Assembly (NCBI RefSeq): GCF_018977255.1
Contig: NW_024704743.1
Location: 47,742,001 to 47,806,000, forward strand
DNA from: Callorhinchus milii
Lineage: Eukaryota
Reading direction: 5' to 3'
Length of the DNA: 64,000 nt
The notes below the pieces were generated by a model, which did not search any database, had not been told where the DNA came from, and was given only the letters and a program-made list of their open reading frames with translations. The position numbers and the translations under genes were made by a program. Positions 24,779 through 38,371 of this stretch are shown here, one piece after another (the stretch's first letter is position 1; the number at the start of each line of letters is the position of its first letter).

Positions 24779-24897
24779 AGACAAAATCGGTTTGCATTTC
24801 TTGGACTTCTCAGTTTTGTCAGCTATTTCATTATTCATTTTGCTCATCTGTGTTTGCCCCAAGACTTCAAGCGAATGAAAGAACAGAGCTGGACTGG
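24779..24897 (-). CDS. TAX1BP1: TAX1BP1 exon (exon 12 eq.): (A)SPALFFHSLEVLGQTQMSKMNNEIADKTEKSKKCKPILS
   Basis: ttttccaacag|CC...TCT|gtgagt; 119 nt, phase 1->0; EIADKTEKxxKCK conserved. Confidence 0.9.
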
Positions 24898-26764
24898 CTG
24901 TTGGAAAATAAAAGAGATGCTGATTACAAAAAGAATAATAAACAAATCACAGCCCATCATTAAACATTTTTAATACATTAATTATTTAGTTTGCATTAAC
25001 AGAACACCCTTTTTTTATTTTAATAATAATGTTAAAATTCATTAGTGACTTGTGTGCTCCCTAACATTCCCAGGGTGACAGAAATGTTAGCATCAAGGCT
25101 CCAATTAAGTTGACCTTTACACATTAAGAGCAGTCACAGCAGCTCATTGGGATTTATAAGATTGCTGAAAAAATGCTACAGACATGCATTTCAGTCTTTA
25201 GTTTACCTCAAGCCAAAATCAAAGCATATACTGTAGCTCTTTCAATAGAGTTACAATAATTTAGCTAAACATCAGGGTTCAATCCCTTTCCTGCTTTTGC
25301 AGTTAGTTCAATTTTAAAACACTAAAAGTAGCTTGGTATTTTGTTTAACTGTCTCACTAGTGACAGTAATTTATCACAGCTCTGACACAAGTTTACAACA
25401 CTTATAACTCACAAACACTGAAATCATAAATCAGTTACCATGGAATGCGTGTACTCTACTGATGAGATATTCCATTTATTCTACAGCTGCAAAGCTCCTG
25501 TAGAACCCTATGTCCATTAATATCATGTTTTCTCCTCTCTTTTAAAGTACTAAATCTTGCTGTCATATGGCTCCAAAGGCTCCAGTCACTCACTGGTAAC
25601 TCACAGAAATGTGCATTTAAAAATATAGGAACATCGGAATAGGAAAAGACACTTCAGGCCATCAAGTCTGTTCCAATTTATTAGATCGCGGAAAATCTTT
25701 TAATCTCATTTCTTGGAGACACTGAAGGCAATCTTAGTTTAGCTACTGTATTCTAAACCAAATAAATTAATCCAGCATAGATTTTTGTATTCGAGCAGTA
25801 TTATTTTTATATACACAGGGTAGTGAGTTTACCAACTGAGCCACTAAAGAACTTCCAAGCACATTTTTAAGCTACACCTTACACAAAGTCAGACATGATA
25901 GCACTAATTGCATTCCAATTTTAATTTCAATCTATTCCATTCATCTACATATCATTCTATATTGTGTACATTCTCAGATTTGATCCTTTCTTGTGTTATT
26001 AGTGTAGCTTCTGTCTACCTTTTGATTCAGGTGGATGTAAAGGGACTAACTTACCATTGCTAATTCAAAGAAATTTGTGCCCGAAAGATTATATTTCACA
26101 CCTAATCCAAATTTATCCCTAAACTCAAATTAATTGGAATCATCTCACCGTTGCTTTTCAGAAATTGATGGCACAGATTATCTGCCAATGTTTACTTCCA
26201 TAAAAATTTTCACTGCAATTCAATCAATTATGTATTTTGTAATGATTGCTTTTTTTTTACTTATTTGTGTATTTATTTTCCTGGCTCATCTGCAGGATTT
26301 GAGAGAGATAGTTTGGTTAGCCACTGGGATTGAGTGGGATTCTTCCCACTCGTTTATAATAATAATAATAATCCTTGCATTTGATATAGCGCTTTTCACA
26401 TCTTCTAGACGTCCCAAAGTGCTTCACAAAATATACTGTAAAGTGAATTAACTGTATATTTGTGGGTGAATGTGGCAGCCAATTGCGCACTGCAGCGTCC
26501 CACAAACAGTCATGGATTGAAAATTACCAATTTTTTTTATTATTATTGTTTTTGTTTATCTGTTAACCTTGCAAGCCAAAGCCCTAAAAGGTAGGGCTAG
26601 CTGGTCAAGCAGCAAGAAAGCTTACCAGTCAGTGAAATCAATAGCAATTTTAGCTGGATGGACTCCAGCAGCACCCCAATGCACACTCTTGGGTCCCAAA
26701 CCTTGCCACTTGTCAGTCTCTGCCTGATGCTCTCCGGAATTAGCATCCGTGACAAAACACCTGC

Positions 26765-27185
26765 AAAAAACTACTCACCCTCATCACACCAATCCTTTCC
26801 AGGCTCCACTGACTCCCAATAACCAAACGGATTAAATGCAAGATCCTTTCACTAGTTTTCAAATCCCTTTGTGTCCTCCCACCTCCCTACTCAATCTGCT
26901 TACCCCCCAGTCCACCACCCACTGCCTCCACTCGGCTGGCTCCTGTTTGACCCTTGTCCCCTCCGCTCCACCATCAGCGTCCGTGCCTTCAGCCACTACG
27001 CTCCAAAATACTGGAACCCCCTCCCTCAAGCCCTCCGCCTTGCCCCCTCCCTCCCCAAATCCTGTGGAAAGACCTTCCTCTTTGATTGTTCTTACGGTCA
27101 TCCTCTCCCCCTAGCTTGGTCTCCACCACTGTCAAGTGCTCCGGGACGCTACCCACGTAAAGGGCACTATATAACTGCAGTTATT
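26765..27185 (+). mobile_element. L2 3' fragment inserted in the RTE-X-like repeat
   Basis: RAFSHYAPKYWNPLPQALR in ORF 26871..27260; L2-type tail. Other L2 relics at about 8870-9070(+), 10195-10440(-), 22205-22420(-), 40840-41080(-), 45800-46100(-), 49470-49720(-), 50560-50840(+), 61360-61510(+). Confidence 0.8.
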
Positions 27186-28164
27186 TTTGGTGCATTCCAT
27201 TCCAATACACGGGAAGCTTCATGTGCGGGTGGCATACATGGGATTCTTATTCTGATTTGAATACTCTTAAGCATGGCGATGGGTTTCCACATGTCAGATA
27301 ACCCGCTGAGCAATATTTTGTAAAGTGCTTCAAGGTATTTGTACTCGAAAAGTGCTCTCTAAATGCAAGTGATTATTGTAATATTTTAAAACACAAAATA
27401 CACGTTAAAATGTTTTATTTTGAATAAATGATTGCAGCCTAAATAGTATTGTGTGTTAAAGACAATGTCAAGGACAACACAAGACTATACTGAGCAGACG
27501 GTTTCAATCCTGCTCTATACTGAATTAGTTAGCCTGTCTGAATAATATGTGGCCCTCTACAATTGCCCTTAGTGTTCAATCACAGAAGCAAGAACAGCTG
27601 GGTTTCTCAATGGTATCTGTGGTTGCCACAACACCCCAAAGATGCAGTAACTGCCAAAACTCGTGGTCCAGTCTCTGCCATACTACTTGTTAATATGCCA
27701 GAAGGTGTTCATGGAATTATACCCTAGCATAAGGAGAAAAGCAGGCAACTTTCTTTAGGAGGAGACTCATCAAAGGGAGAAGACTAAAGGATTTTTTTTC
27801 AAAAGCAGATCTTTACACAAACTGTGGAATATCAGGCTACTATAACCACAATAATAATAAACAGTGAAATTACTGATAATGTCTCCAGATCATTACAATA
27901 TTATTACCAATGTATTATTAATAAACCTTGAATGGACTCTTGAACAGTTAATTTAACCGCAGTGCAACAGTTAACAGAACTTGAACATTTCTTTCGAAAC
28001 GCATATACCACAACTGGATAGAAAAAAAAATAGAATCCTACAAGATTAATTTTATACTGAAAGGGAACAACTATGATGATCATTTTTATGGATGTAAATA
28101 CAATTTGCTAACATTTTAGAATGGCTAAATAAGCAAGTAAAAACTGAGAACAGCTGTCAGGTAC

Positions 28165-28270
28165 CTGAAAGAGTGTTGTGAAACAAATCTTCTGCAGTCC
28201 CTGGAGGTAATTCAGTATTTGTCCCATCATCACTTTGCTTATTGGAAGCAGTTTCATTTTTCTTCTCTTC
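28165..28270 (-). CDS. TAX1BP1: TAX1BP1 exon (exon 11 eq.), linker: EEKKNETASNKQSDDGTNTELPPGTAEDLFHNTLS(A)
   Basis: ctttctttcctataatag|GAA...TCAG|gtacct; 106 nt, phase 0->1, which is the phase needed to join its neighbours; low sequence conservation. Confidence 0.8.
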
Positions 28271-29519
28271 CTATTATAGGAAAGAAAGTCATTACATTTT
28301 TGTCCCTTTCACTTCAAGCAAGTAACATTGCTATTTCTTGCTAAAGTAATAATCAATAGCAGAACGTTAAGTAATCATTTAAAAAAAAAGTTCCTAGCTT
28401 ACACAACGACCTCAGAAGCAAAGGAACAGCTACCTTGTGTAGCACTAAAGGTATTCACAATTAATTCCTTGTTTTTGCTGAGCTAGCTGATCTCAATCTA
28501 CTATTGATTTTAGTTCTGCTGAACTTTTGGGATGAAGGGGGTGAAATAAGTTCCATCTCCTACATATTGTGCCCTTATTTGCAACTTGTGGAGTCCTGTA
28601 GCTTAGTGGTTAAAGCACTCGCCTCACAAGTGACAGGACCTGGGTTCAATTGCGAGGCAGGGCAAAACATGGGCAAGTTTACTTACTCCACACTCATCTG
28701 TTTATCCAGCATAAGTAGGAAATCAGTTGTTATTCGAGTAGCAGATCACTTTTCCAGGAGTTTACGCACTCAGGGGGTCACAGATTTTTTTAAAAAATTG
28801 CCATTTTGAGCCCAATCCAGCTAGATACGAATTATGGAGACCATCCGGTAAGCCTCACTCAAATCCCTGTTGTGCTTGCCCAATTTGTGTTGTTCTCCTC
28901 ACTCTGCTCTTGATTCGTGGAAACCTCCATTCTTTGACCCTGTTCTTAAAGCAATACTTTGATTTCTTCCAGCTAACCCTGCAATGTGAAACTATATTCC
29001 CTTTGTTAAGAGATTAATTTCACATCACACAAAAAAGCTAGCATAGCCTCATTTCTCTCACTGTGACTGTAAGAGTAGGAAGGAAGCAATAATGTTTAAT
29101 AGGAAGCTTCATGATTGGCTGAGTGTGAAAGGTGAATCAAAGTTAAGATGCTTTGCACAGGCTGGAAAACAGGGTAAAAGATATCAGAGAGCCAAGGAGG
29201 AAAAGGCCTGTAGACCATATAATGAATACTTGTAATTACATCATAAACGTTGAGTACCAAGCTTCAGCCATTTCTGAATTCAGCTGAATTGTATAGCTGA
29301 AGAATAACCTGAAACTAATTGCTAAGTATGCTATTCTCTATCTTTTATATTTTTTTAAAAAAAGAAAAAGTTTTAAAGATTTTCTTACTCTTAAATAGTT
29401 GGCCATCCTGAGTGTAATAGAGGTATCAAATAACAGATAAATTACTAACAAAGAACGGAAATGATGAGCACATAGGGTAAAACTGATAAGTGTATATAAC
29501 CTGAAACTGTGTCACCATT

Positions 29520-29890
29520 TAATAATAATAATCCTTGCATTTGACATAGAACCTTATCACGTCTTCGAGACATCTCAAAGTGCTTCACAGGATATACTGT
29601 AAAGTGAATTGATTGTATATTTTGTGGATGAAATGTGGCAGCCAATTGCTCACAGCATTGTCCCATAAACAGTCGTGAATTGAAGTGACCAATTTATTAT
29701 TTTTTAAAAAAAAGGAATTATTACCCTCAGAAAAGTGATCCGCCAATCGACTAGCCACCGGGTTGCTACTTACTGATGATTGGAGGCATCAGCAAACAGG
29801 CATGTGGAGTAAGGAAACTTGCCCAACATTTCGCCCTGTAGGGAATTGAACCCAGGACTCTCACTTGTGAGGCGAGTGCAGGACTCCACA
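29520..29890 (-). mobile_element. Same SINE family, longer variant with an extra internal segment
   Basis: tRNA head plus tail as above, with internal ...CAACCCGGTGGCTAGTCGATTGGCGGATCACTTTTCTGAGGGTAAT... that is also present in 24250-24610(-). Confidence 0.85.
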
Positions 29891-30205
29891 TTTGACGAGC
29901 ATAATAAAAATGCCACGTTTTATCCTGCAGTATTATTGACAGGAAAGTTACTATACATTATATAAGGACCACTTTATATTACATTAATATGCAGTATGAA
30001 ATACAATACTCCTGACTATAAAAATTGTGAGCATGATAAGACCTTAGCTAAAATACAATATGAATTTATAGAAGAGTAACTCTGCAAGCCAATTAATCCA
30101 GTCCTAATGAAGATAAAGCTGCAGGTACAAATTTAAATTAAATAATTATCAGTCACTTTGTAATTCATCGCATTGACGGTACTCTAAAATATATATTCTA
30201 CTCAC

Positions 30206-30361
30206 CAACTGTTCTGAGAGTCTGACGACTTGCTTTTGTAGTTTCTGACATTCCTTGTACTTCTCCTTGTAATGTTCAGCTGCCATATGAAGCCTAAGTT
30301 TCAGGTCTTCAACCTCCTTATGTAGCTCTTGTTCCACAGTCGTGTTATCCACAGTAGATTG
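30206..30361 (-). CDS. TAX1BP1: TAX1BP1 exon (exon 10 eq.): QSTVDNTTVEQELHKEVEDLKLRLHMAAEHYKEKYKECQKLQKQVVRLSEQL
   Basis: Overlaps ORF 30149..30352; cttctag|CAA...TTG|gtgagt; 156 nt; EVEDLKLRLxMAAxHYKEK signature. Confidence 0.95.
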
Positions 30362-33300
30362 CTAGAAGCCAATTATACAAAATGTTGAATTATTTTTACT
30401 ATAGATACAAATAGGACAAACATGCAGTTAGCCTGCTAAATCCTTCAGACAAGTCTTTTGGACTGCTATAACTGTACATCTATGCTTGCCTGTTTTACTT
30501 TTTTAAAAAATTTTAAAGACATTGAATTTTGCTTTTGAAAGAAATCAGAACTACGTGGATGATTTGTGATGTTACAGTGACATCTTCTTGCAGAGTATTC
30601 ACAATAAATCTCTTACGCGTTTAATTCCGCAGTATAACGATAATCATTGCATTTGATATAGCGCCTTATCATGTTATTGATACTCCTCGAAGCATTTCAC
30701 AGGGTATAACGTAAAGTGATGTGATTGTATGTGGTTGTACACATCAGCAAACTTGCACACAATCAATGTCCCACAAACAGCCATGAAGAGAGTGACCAAT
30801 TTTATTCGGGGAATTGTTGTCCAGGACACCGAGAGAAACTCGCTTCGTTTTTTTTGAATAATGCTATGGAATATTTAACACTTTTATTTCCAGAAAATGA
30901 AATACAATAAAACCCAAGCGAGCCAGACTAATGGGGAGGGGGGAGGGGAGATCCAATCTGGCAAGCTAAAATGTCCCGCCAAGAGCCAGCACATGCATGA
31001 TGGGCCGAATGGCCTCTTTCTGTGTTGTTATATTCTATGATTCTATGAAGTTTAATTACAACGCTAGTTCTGGCATTGTAATTGTTTGAATTCCTTAAGC
31101 AGAAGTAGGGAATAAGCTATCTTCTGCCCGCAGGATTCAAACAAAAATATCCCTAGCCTCTGTGAAGGCCAGCAAGGAAGATGAGGCTGCCCAATTCAAA
31201 GCTTTTTCTCATAAGAAAGTTGGGTCACGGGAATCGCGGCCAGTGGTAATTTTCTTTAAATATATCCCAAGAAGATGCTCAGTTCCATGCCTGGTTTGTA
31301 CAAGAACAACAATTTCTCATTTATATAGCGAGTTTCATATTGGTTGCTGTCTCGAAGAGTTTCACAGAATCACATATTAACGACAACATGGGTGAGATAT
31401 TGGAGACTGGTGTCTATGGAACCGTAAAGCTGTGCAAATCAACCCCTTCAGAGGTTTTTTCCCCCCATTTGGCTCCTTATGGCGGGGGGGGGGGGTGATA
31501 TTTAGCAACATAAGCAAGACAATCACAATTCACTGCTGGACCGAATGTTTATATATAATAATTACAGACCATTCATTTCTGCATAGCACTAGATTCAACC
31601 ATTAATTAATAGATCTACAAAATAATTTACTACAAAATCATTCTTTTGTAGTCTTTCAATTTCAGTAGGTTGTACTGGACAAGGAGAAGAATGGGGAAAA
31701 GAATGAAATTCAAAGCTATACGCAGGACCGGCAGCAACGTTTGTTTGTCAGAAGGTCTGATTCACTGCGCAATATTAACTCACTGAAAACAAAATTGGAT
31801 AAATGCCACATATACATTCTGACAAGAAATAGATTATTAGATGCTTTACAAGCATTTTAACTCGTAGTTTGATTATGCAACATAAATACACTTGAAGTTA
31901 ACACTTTAAGGTAGTATTTCCAATGAATGCTGAAAATATTTCTATACAACTATATGTTTAACATTATTGAATGCTAGAAACAGAAAGTTAGCACAATGAA
32001 ATTTAAATTATTTTACCACAAACTTGTTTAAAATGGTTTCCAGACTCTAGATAGTTTCTAGAGATCCCTATCTTTGTTTGTGATAATGGTTTCCTGGGAC
32101 AGGCCACTTTATTACCACATCGTAAAGTGTACAATACTGGATCAAAGGATTCGTTTTCCTAAGAAACGCTCCAGGAGTCAACTATTGGAGGCCAGACCAG
32201 CCCGGAGGTATGGTCTGCAAATAAGTTACACTATTTCCAATGCTGGCTTCAATGAATAGTAATGTCAGTCTTGTGATAACAAGAGCTCTGTTAATATGGC
32301 AGTTTTTAGTTTGGTTTATACAAATAGAAGCTGTGCTAAATTAGTGTGAGTGCCAACTGAAGTTGGATGTAATTTCAGTTGGGGAGGGAAAAAAGTATAG
32401 CTTGCAGGATTTAAACTCCACAACGTACATGTAATTTGATCTCTATTTGTGCAGTTAAATGTTGCTGAATCAAATTAATCTTCTTGCATTTGATTTCAGT
32501 GGGAGAAACAGTTCATGCTTTTATTAAAGTTTGGTATTACATTTTGCCCCATTAGATACAAATGCCAGGCCCAAGAATTTCCAGTATTTTTCTGGAAGTA
32601 CCAGTTGCTAGTTTACTGCACCTGACATATGCTGTCATTTCTCGTCCCAGCAGTATATATATATTATATATGTATATCAAATGCAAAGATTATTATTATT
32701 ATAATATTTAGTAGCATCAAGAAGATACAATTGTCACTGCTTGTGACAAGGGAGACATTCCAGTCATTTCTGTATTGTGCCACACATCAAGGAACGAGTG
32801 TTCAGAATACTTCAACTTTTCCAGTTATATTATCCCTTCAACCTTCATTGTGGAATACTGTTTGTGGAACCTGATTTACAATTGGAGTAGATTTCAGTTG
32901 ATCAATGGGAAAGAATCATGAGAAACATTGAAAGTTGTTGATGGCAGACTTCAGTTTCAACTAGATTTGAAGATACCAATACCAAAAGGTGTTTAGTGAC
33001 AGATCTGAACTCAAAAGCCACAACTTACCAATACTTTATTCAGACTGCCAATGACTTGATGTTTCTTTTGCCATTCAACGAAAGGAAGCTGGGCAATCTT
33101 TGTTAATTTTTAAATTCAATACTACAAACTGAAGTTATTTTGTAAATGATTTTAAAATCAGGTTATGTAGTCTGAATATACCTGCAATTAAAGTTGAGTA
33201 TTTAATGAATCCAGGGTGGAAGGGAGGAAGTGATGCATTTCATGGCATAAATGTTCTTTTTTTAACTGCAGTTTCAATTAAAATTTCAATCACGTCATGA

Positions 33301-33593
33301 CTGTTCAGAGCATTGCTGTGTGCCAATTGACTGCCGCATTTATCTATATAGTCAAACTTTACAGTAGATCCTGTGATGCACATCATGTTTCAAGAATGTG
33401 AAGACACTATATCAAATCCAAGGCTACCAGTAATTCCAGGAATTTGGGGGGACTGGCATATGTGCCAAATGAGGCAAGATACAATACCAAGGAGCATTAT
33501 TATAGTGTATTATATTGTTATTGAAGTAGTAATTGGTTGTTGACAATTTTAATCCTCATCTCAAATCATTTAAGCAATTATTGCCACACTTAC

Positions 33594-33839
33594 TTTTTCA
33601 TTTTTTGATACTGCAGCTTTCAGCAATTGCACATCCAGTTGATATTTACTTTCAGTGTCAGTGAGTTTTGTTTTAAGCACGTCAATTTCCATTCTTGCAT
33701 TATGCAGGTCACCCATGGCCTTGTCACGAGCATTGGAAACATCACCAAGTTCTTTGGCCATCAGGGTAACTTTCTGTTCACTTGCTTGCAATTGCTCTTC
33801 AGCCCTGCGGAGATGTTCTTTGAGAATAGCTACATCCTC
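33594..33839 (-). CDS. TAX1BP1: TAX1BP1 exon (exon 9 eq.): EDVAILKEHLRRAEEQLQASEQKV...LLKAAVSKNEK
   Basis: Within ORF 33570..33848; gtttcag|GAG...AAA|gtaagt; 246 nt, phase 0->0. Confidence 0.95.
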
Positions 33840-36339
33840 CTGAAACAACAGCAGGAATAATAACTAATAAATATAATTATTAAAGGAAGATTCTTGATAT
33901 TCTCCAATTAACATTTACCATCTATAAGAGTAATCTTAAAATGTAAAAATAAATGTAAATATTGAGATTGGTAAAGTGTCTGATGTGACTATGGTAACTG
34001 CCTTGTGTGTATGAGTGTGTGGGGGTATTTGCATGGTAAGAACGATTTCTATGAAAATAGCTTTGATAATGCTTAAAAAGCTCCAGTCAAGAAGCAGCAT
34101 GGAAAAGACTATTCATGCCAGATAAAGTACCTCAGGACACAAGTGTAGCTCCTATAATAATAATAATAATAATAATAATAAGTGTAGCTCCTGTAGCCCC
34201 CATGTGTATCACTTCGACTTACAAGAAGTCTGCTCTGAGGGGTTGAGTGTCAATGTAATGTCTATGGAGCTCCCTTCAGGAGATGCACTTTATGTCCTGA
34301 AGTACTTTTTTTTCCTGGTAAAAGGCTCTATTTACACTGCTGTTTCCCTAATGAGTACATCTTCAATCTAAATGTCACTAATTAAATCACACACAAATTG
34401 GGTACAAAATGTCCACTTGCAGTCTTGTTAATTTGGGCTGTGAATTTAGTTTGTATTTATCCAGACTTTTATTTCACTCGGACTGCCAGGGAGTTTCAGG
34501 CAAGTGCAGCAAAATAATCTTGAGTAATTAATTTCAGTTTATCTTTAATGGATCGGTTCTATTGCCAGCTAGCATATTTTACAAGATTCAGTAAAGTATG
34601 ATATTGTAATTTATTTCCTACTTTAATATTTCAATATTGTATTGAATTTCTTTTATTTCCTGAATTTTTCACTATTTTATACCTTTTTAAGATCAGTGGA
34701 ACTTCGTAATTTAAGGTCCCTTAATTTCAGAGTAAATGTACACCATGAGTTTGAGGATTAACGTCATAGGCAAATTACTGTAGTTCAAGCCCCTTTGAAT
34801 AGCTAACATTTTTAAATTGTGCTGCAAAATAAAAGTTGTCACAACAAAACAATTCTTGAGCAGATAAACTTGCATTCTTTATTCTTATAATCGCATTATG
34901 AAATCAACCCTGAACGTAACCATGTGTGCTTTTTTAAAATGCCCCAATTTAGTCAATTTACAGTTTTGTTGTCATCTCTTCTTTTAACCAGTAATACAGT
35001 AGTTCTAAGTTCTCCGAGTTTCTGCCCATGTTTCGCCCACAGAATATACAGTAAACCAGTTTACTGTATATTCTGTATATATACAGTATATATAGTTTAC
35101 TGTGTATATACTGTATATATACCAGTTTACTGTATATCCTGTGAAGCACTATGAGACGTCTCGATGACATGATCAGTTGCTATATCAAATGCCAGGATTA
35201 TTGTTACATAGTGTGAAGGGTGCTGTATGAATGCAAGTTCTCATACATCCTATAATTCTCATGAAAATGAACAAGGGAATAAGTGAAGCTCTGGTTATTA
35301 TCCATGGAAGCTCACTAGAACTGCACTGAAGAATGTCAGCGAATGTCATCCTCTTGTTCAAAAATGGGAAATCAGCTTAACATCTGTAATGGAGAAATGC
35401 TTGGAAGTATTCTAAAGAATGCTAATACTGTTAATCTAAAAAGCACAGAGGCCACAGACTTAGTGGTTGAGATTTATCCAGTGGATCATTTATTTTCAGA
35501 ACGTATTTTATAACATTCTATGTGCAGTAACTTGTAAAGAAGGATGAGGACCAATGAATTAATGCAAATTAGTTCGATCAAAAACTCATGTAGCAATAGG
35601 AAGCAGAAGGTGATACATGGAAAAAGCTCTCTAGGGTGTAATAAGGGAAGTTCTGTGGGAGTTTGTTCTGGGTACACTGCTGTTCACAGAATTCATAAAT
35701 TATTTGAATTGCAGTACTTTGTCTAACAACATTTGCTGATATCAACCTAGAATCACAGAATTGTACTACACAGAAGGAAGCCATTCGGTTCATTGTCCCC
35801 GTGTCCCAGCCTATGCCCTTTTCCCCATACCCATATCACACAGAATATGTTACAAATATATTGGAAATAAATAGCTTTCAAAGAGATTCATCACCAATTA
35901 GCATGTAGCCGTTTTGGCAGATGGACTGATGCAGTTAAATGCAAATAATGCAAATGGCAGAAAAAACAAAAAACATCCACATGCTGAAAACATGAAGAAT
36001 GAAAAAGATTGAATGTTATTTTAGTCTTTTTCATTCTTCATCTTTCACTCAGTTTCCAAACCATGTTAAGATGTTAACACAGTGAATCAAATCACCACTT
36101 CTTCAAAAAGATACTGACGGGTGAAGAGGATTCAATGAATAACTTGGATGATTGAGTGTCAAAGTAAAATCTTTATTGGAGTAAAATGGGGAGGGGAGTA
36201 AACATAATCCGGGTCTTTAAAATACTAAAAGACATAGATTATTCGGAAATCTGATTTGAGCTCTGAATCTACAAACAGAAGGCACTAATTATCTAGATTT
36301 GGAGTACCCCTGATGGAATAAAGGTGCAGTAAGATGTAC

Positions 36340-36685
36340 AGCCTAGAAATGTTCAGGTTTGATTTCTGGCCTGTGCTGAGTTAGCTGACCTAAGTCAGGC
36401 AGCAATTCAAGTGCTACAATTAGTTTAGTGCCCTTTGCTTGGAAGGCAGAAAAATAATCAAGCAGAGGTCCAGGTCCTGATTGCTACATAGTATTCCCTA
36501 CTGGAAAGTGCACATTTGTGGACTTCAGATGATAATAGGATCTTGCTTATAATGCCCAACAATCACAAATTAGGCTCACAGATGAGGTGTAGGACGATTT
36601 CTAGCAAATGTTGAATATGCTGATTTGTAGCCTAGCATATCAGCATATACAACAGATGACGAAGAAGCAGATCAGAAAATTGGCA
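36340..36685 (+). repeat. Old unclassified SINE-like dispersed repeat
   Basis: CTGTGCTGAGTTAGCTGA...CTACAATT(G/A)G.CT motif shared with about 27495-27780, 43225-43470 and 54575-54745. Confidence 0.6.
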
Positions 36686-37063
36686 ATACTTGATTTAGCT
36701 TTATCAAATATTCCAATTTAGAAGATTTAATTAATTTATTTGAGATTATGTGTAACAATAATCATTTTTGCATTTGATCAAGGCATTGAAAAGTCTCAAA
36801 GTGCCTCACCAGATTTACTCTGCAACACTCTCAAAGTAAAATAACATTATTTAATTCATTCCTTGAAAAAGGAGCTTGTTACTATCTGTTTTGGAATGAA
36901 TTAAGATGCTTCAGTCACATTACAGGCTAAATCGATGTAGGCTATCAGGATAAAACACTTGACATCACATGATGATTCCCATGTCACTGAAGTCAGGAAA
37001 GAAAACGAGGAGGGTAAGACAATCCTGAAAATTTGTGCTTTGCTCATCAATTATTATTCTTAC

Positions 37064-37249
37064 CATGTTAGAAGAGTTAAGTAACAGTTCCTTCTGTAGC
37101 TTGTCTTTTTCTGATAGACACTGCTGCAGCCTTCCCATCTCTTCCTTGTAATGGGTTAGCATACACTCTTTACCTGCATCTAGATTTTTTAAAGAATGGT
37201 TCTCCTTAAGTAGCTTTGTGTTTTCAATCTCCGTATTCTTTGCGTGAAT
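37064..37249 (-). CDS. TAX1BP1: TAX1BP1 exon (exon 8 eq.): IHAKNTEIENTKLLKENHSLKNLDAGKECMLTHYKEEMGRLQQCLSEKDKLQKELLLNSSNM
   Basis: Within ORF 36965..37414; ttacag|ATT...ATG|gtaaga; 186 nt, phase 0->0. Confidence 0.95.
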
Positions 37250-37791
37250 CTGTAAATAATTACAATAAGCATTAAAGTTAAAAAGGGAGCATTCTGTTTG
37301 ACTGGCTGACCCAATTGAAATATCAAAGGAAGTACCATGCACACATTCCAAGAGAGACTGCATGCAAGGTTGGTTCAAACCAGGTGATAATGACCATAAA
37401 GTCAGAATGCACATCTACACTGGAACTGGGAACCTTGAACTGATTAAACAGTTGCCTCATGGCCTCTTTCCTATTTCAACACAGAACTTATGAATTCACA
37501 TGCATATTTGTATTCACCAGAATACAAAGTACATTAGCATTAAATTTACATCAACTGTGACATGCAGGTTGCAATTATTTCTCTGCTTTAACCTGAGATT
37601 TATGCAGAGCCTTCCTTTCTGTCAACAAGATGATAATGATGGGAGATTAGGGTTTCTATGCACAGTAACGTACCCTGAGTGACTATAAATGATGATATAT
37701 AAGAGGGAAAAGGGCCCAAGTCTGAAGGCAATAGATTTTATTGAGATGGAGGAATTGCATACTTTTCATTGACTGAAATTTCTTAAATCCA

Positions 37792-38371
37792 CAGACATCC
37801 AGGCTCGACTACGCAAACTCCATGCCTATCAGCCTCCCCAGCTCCACACTCCATGGATTACAGATCATCCAGAATTCTGCAATCCGTATCCTCGGCTGCA
37901 CTAGGCTCTGTAGCCCTATCACCCACGTCCTCGCCCGACTCCACTGGCTCCCCATCACTAAAGAGGATACTGTTCAAGATCCTGGCCCTCACTTTCAAAG
38001 CCCTCCATGGCCTTGCTCCCCCTACCTCTGTGCCCCCTAACCCACTACCGATTTGTCCACTCCCTCCGGCCTGCTTCATGTTCCCCGCCTTGCCTGCCCC
38101 TCCATTAGCAGGCAGGCCTTCAGTCTCTCTGCCCCACCCTCTGGAACTCGATTCCACAATCCCTCTGCCTCACCCCCTCCCATGCCTCCTTCAAGACTAG
38201 TTAAGACCCTCCTCTTCGACCATGCCTTCGGTCACCCTCCTACCCCTACCCTCCCCGCACTCCACTCTTCCTGATCCCAACCACCAACTTGGGTCCAGAT
38301 CCCTGACTGTCCTGCGTCTTGATACATCCTCCTGACGTGAAATGTGCTATAAAAATGTAATTTGTTGCTTG
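37792..38371 (+). mobile_element. L2-clade LINE 3' fragment flanked by a ~50-bp direct duplication
   Basis: LQIIQNSAIRIL...LHWLPI and FKILALTFKALHGLAP in the ORF track; tail CTGACGTGAAATGTGCTATAAAAATGTAATTTGTTG; flanks 37741-37791 and 38372-38424 are similar. Confidence 0.9.
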
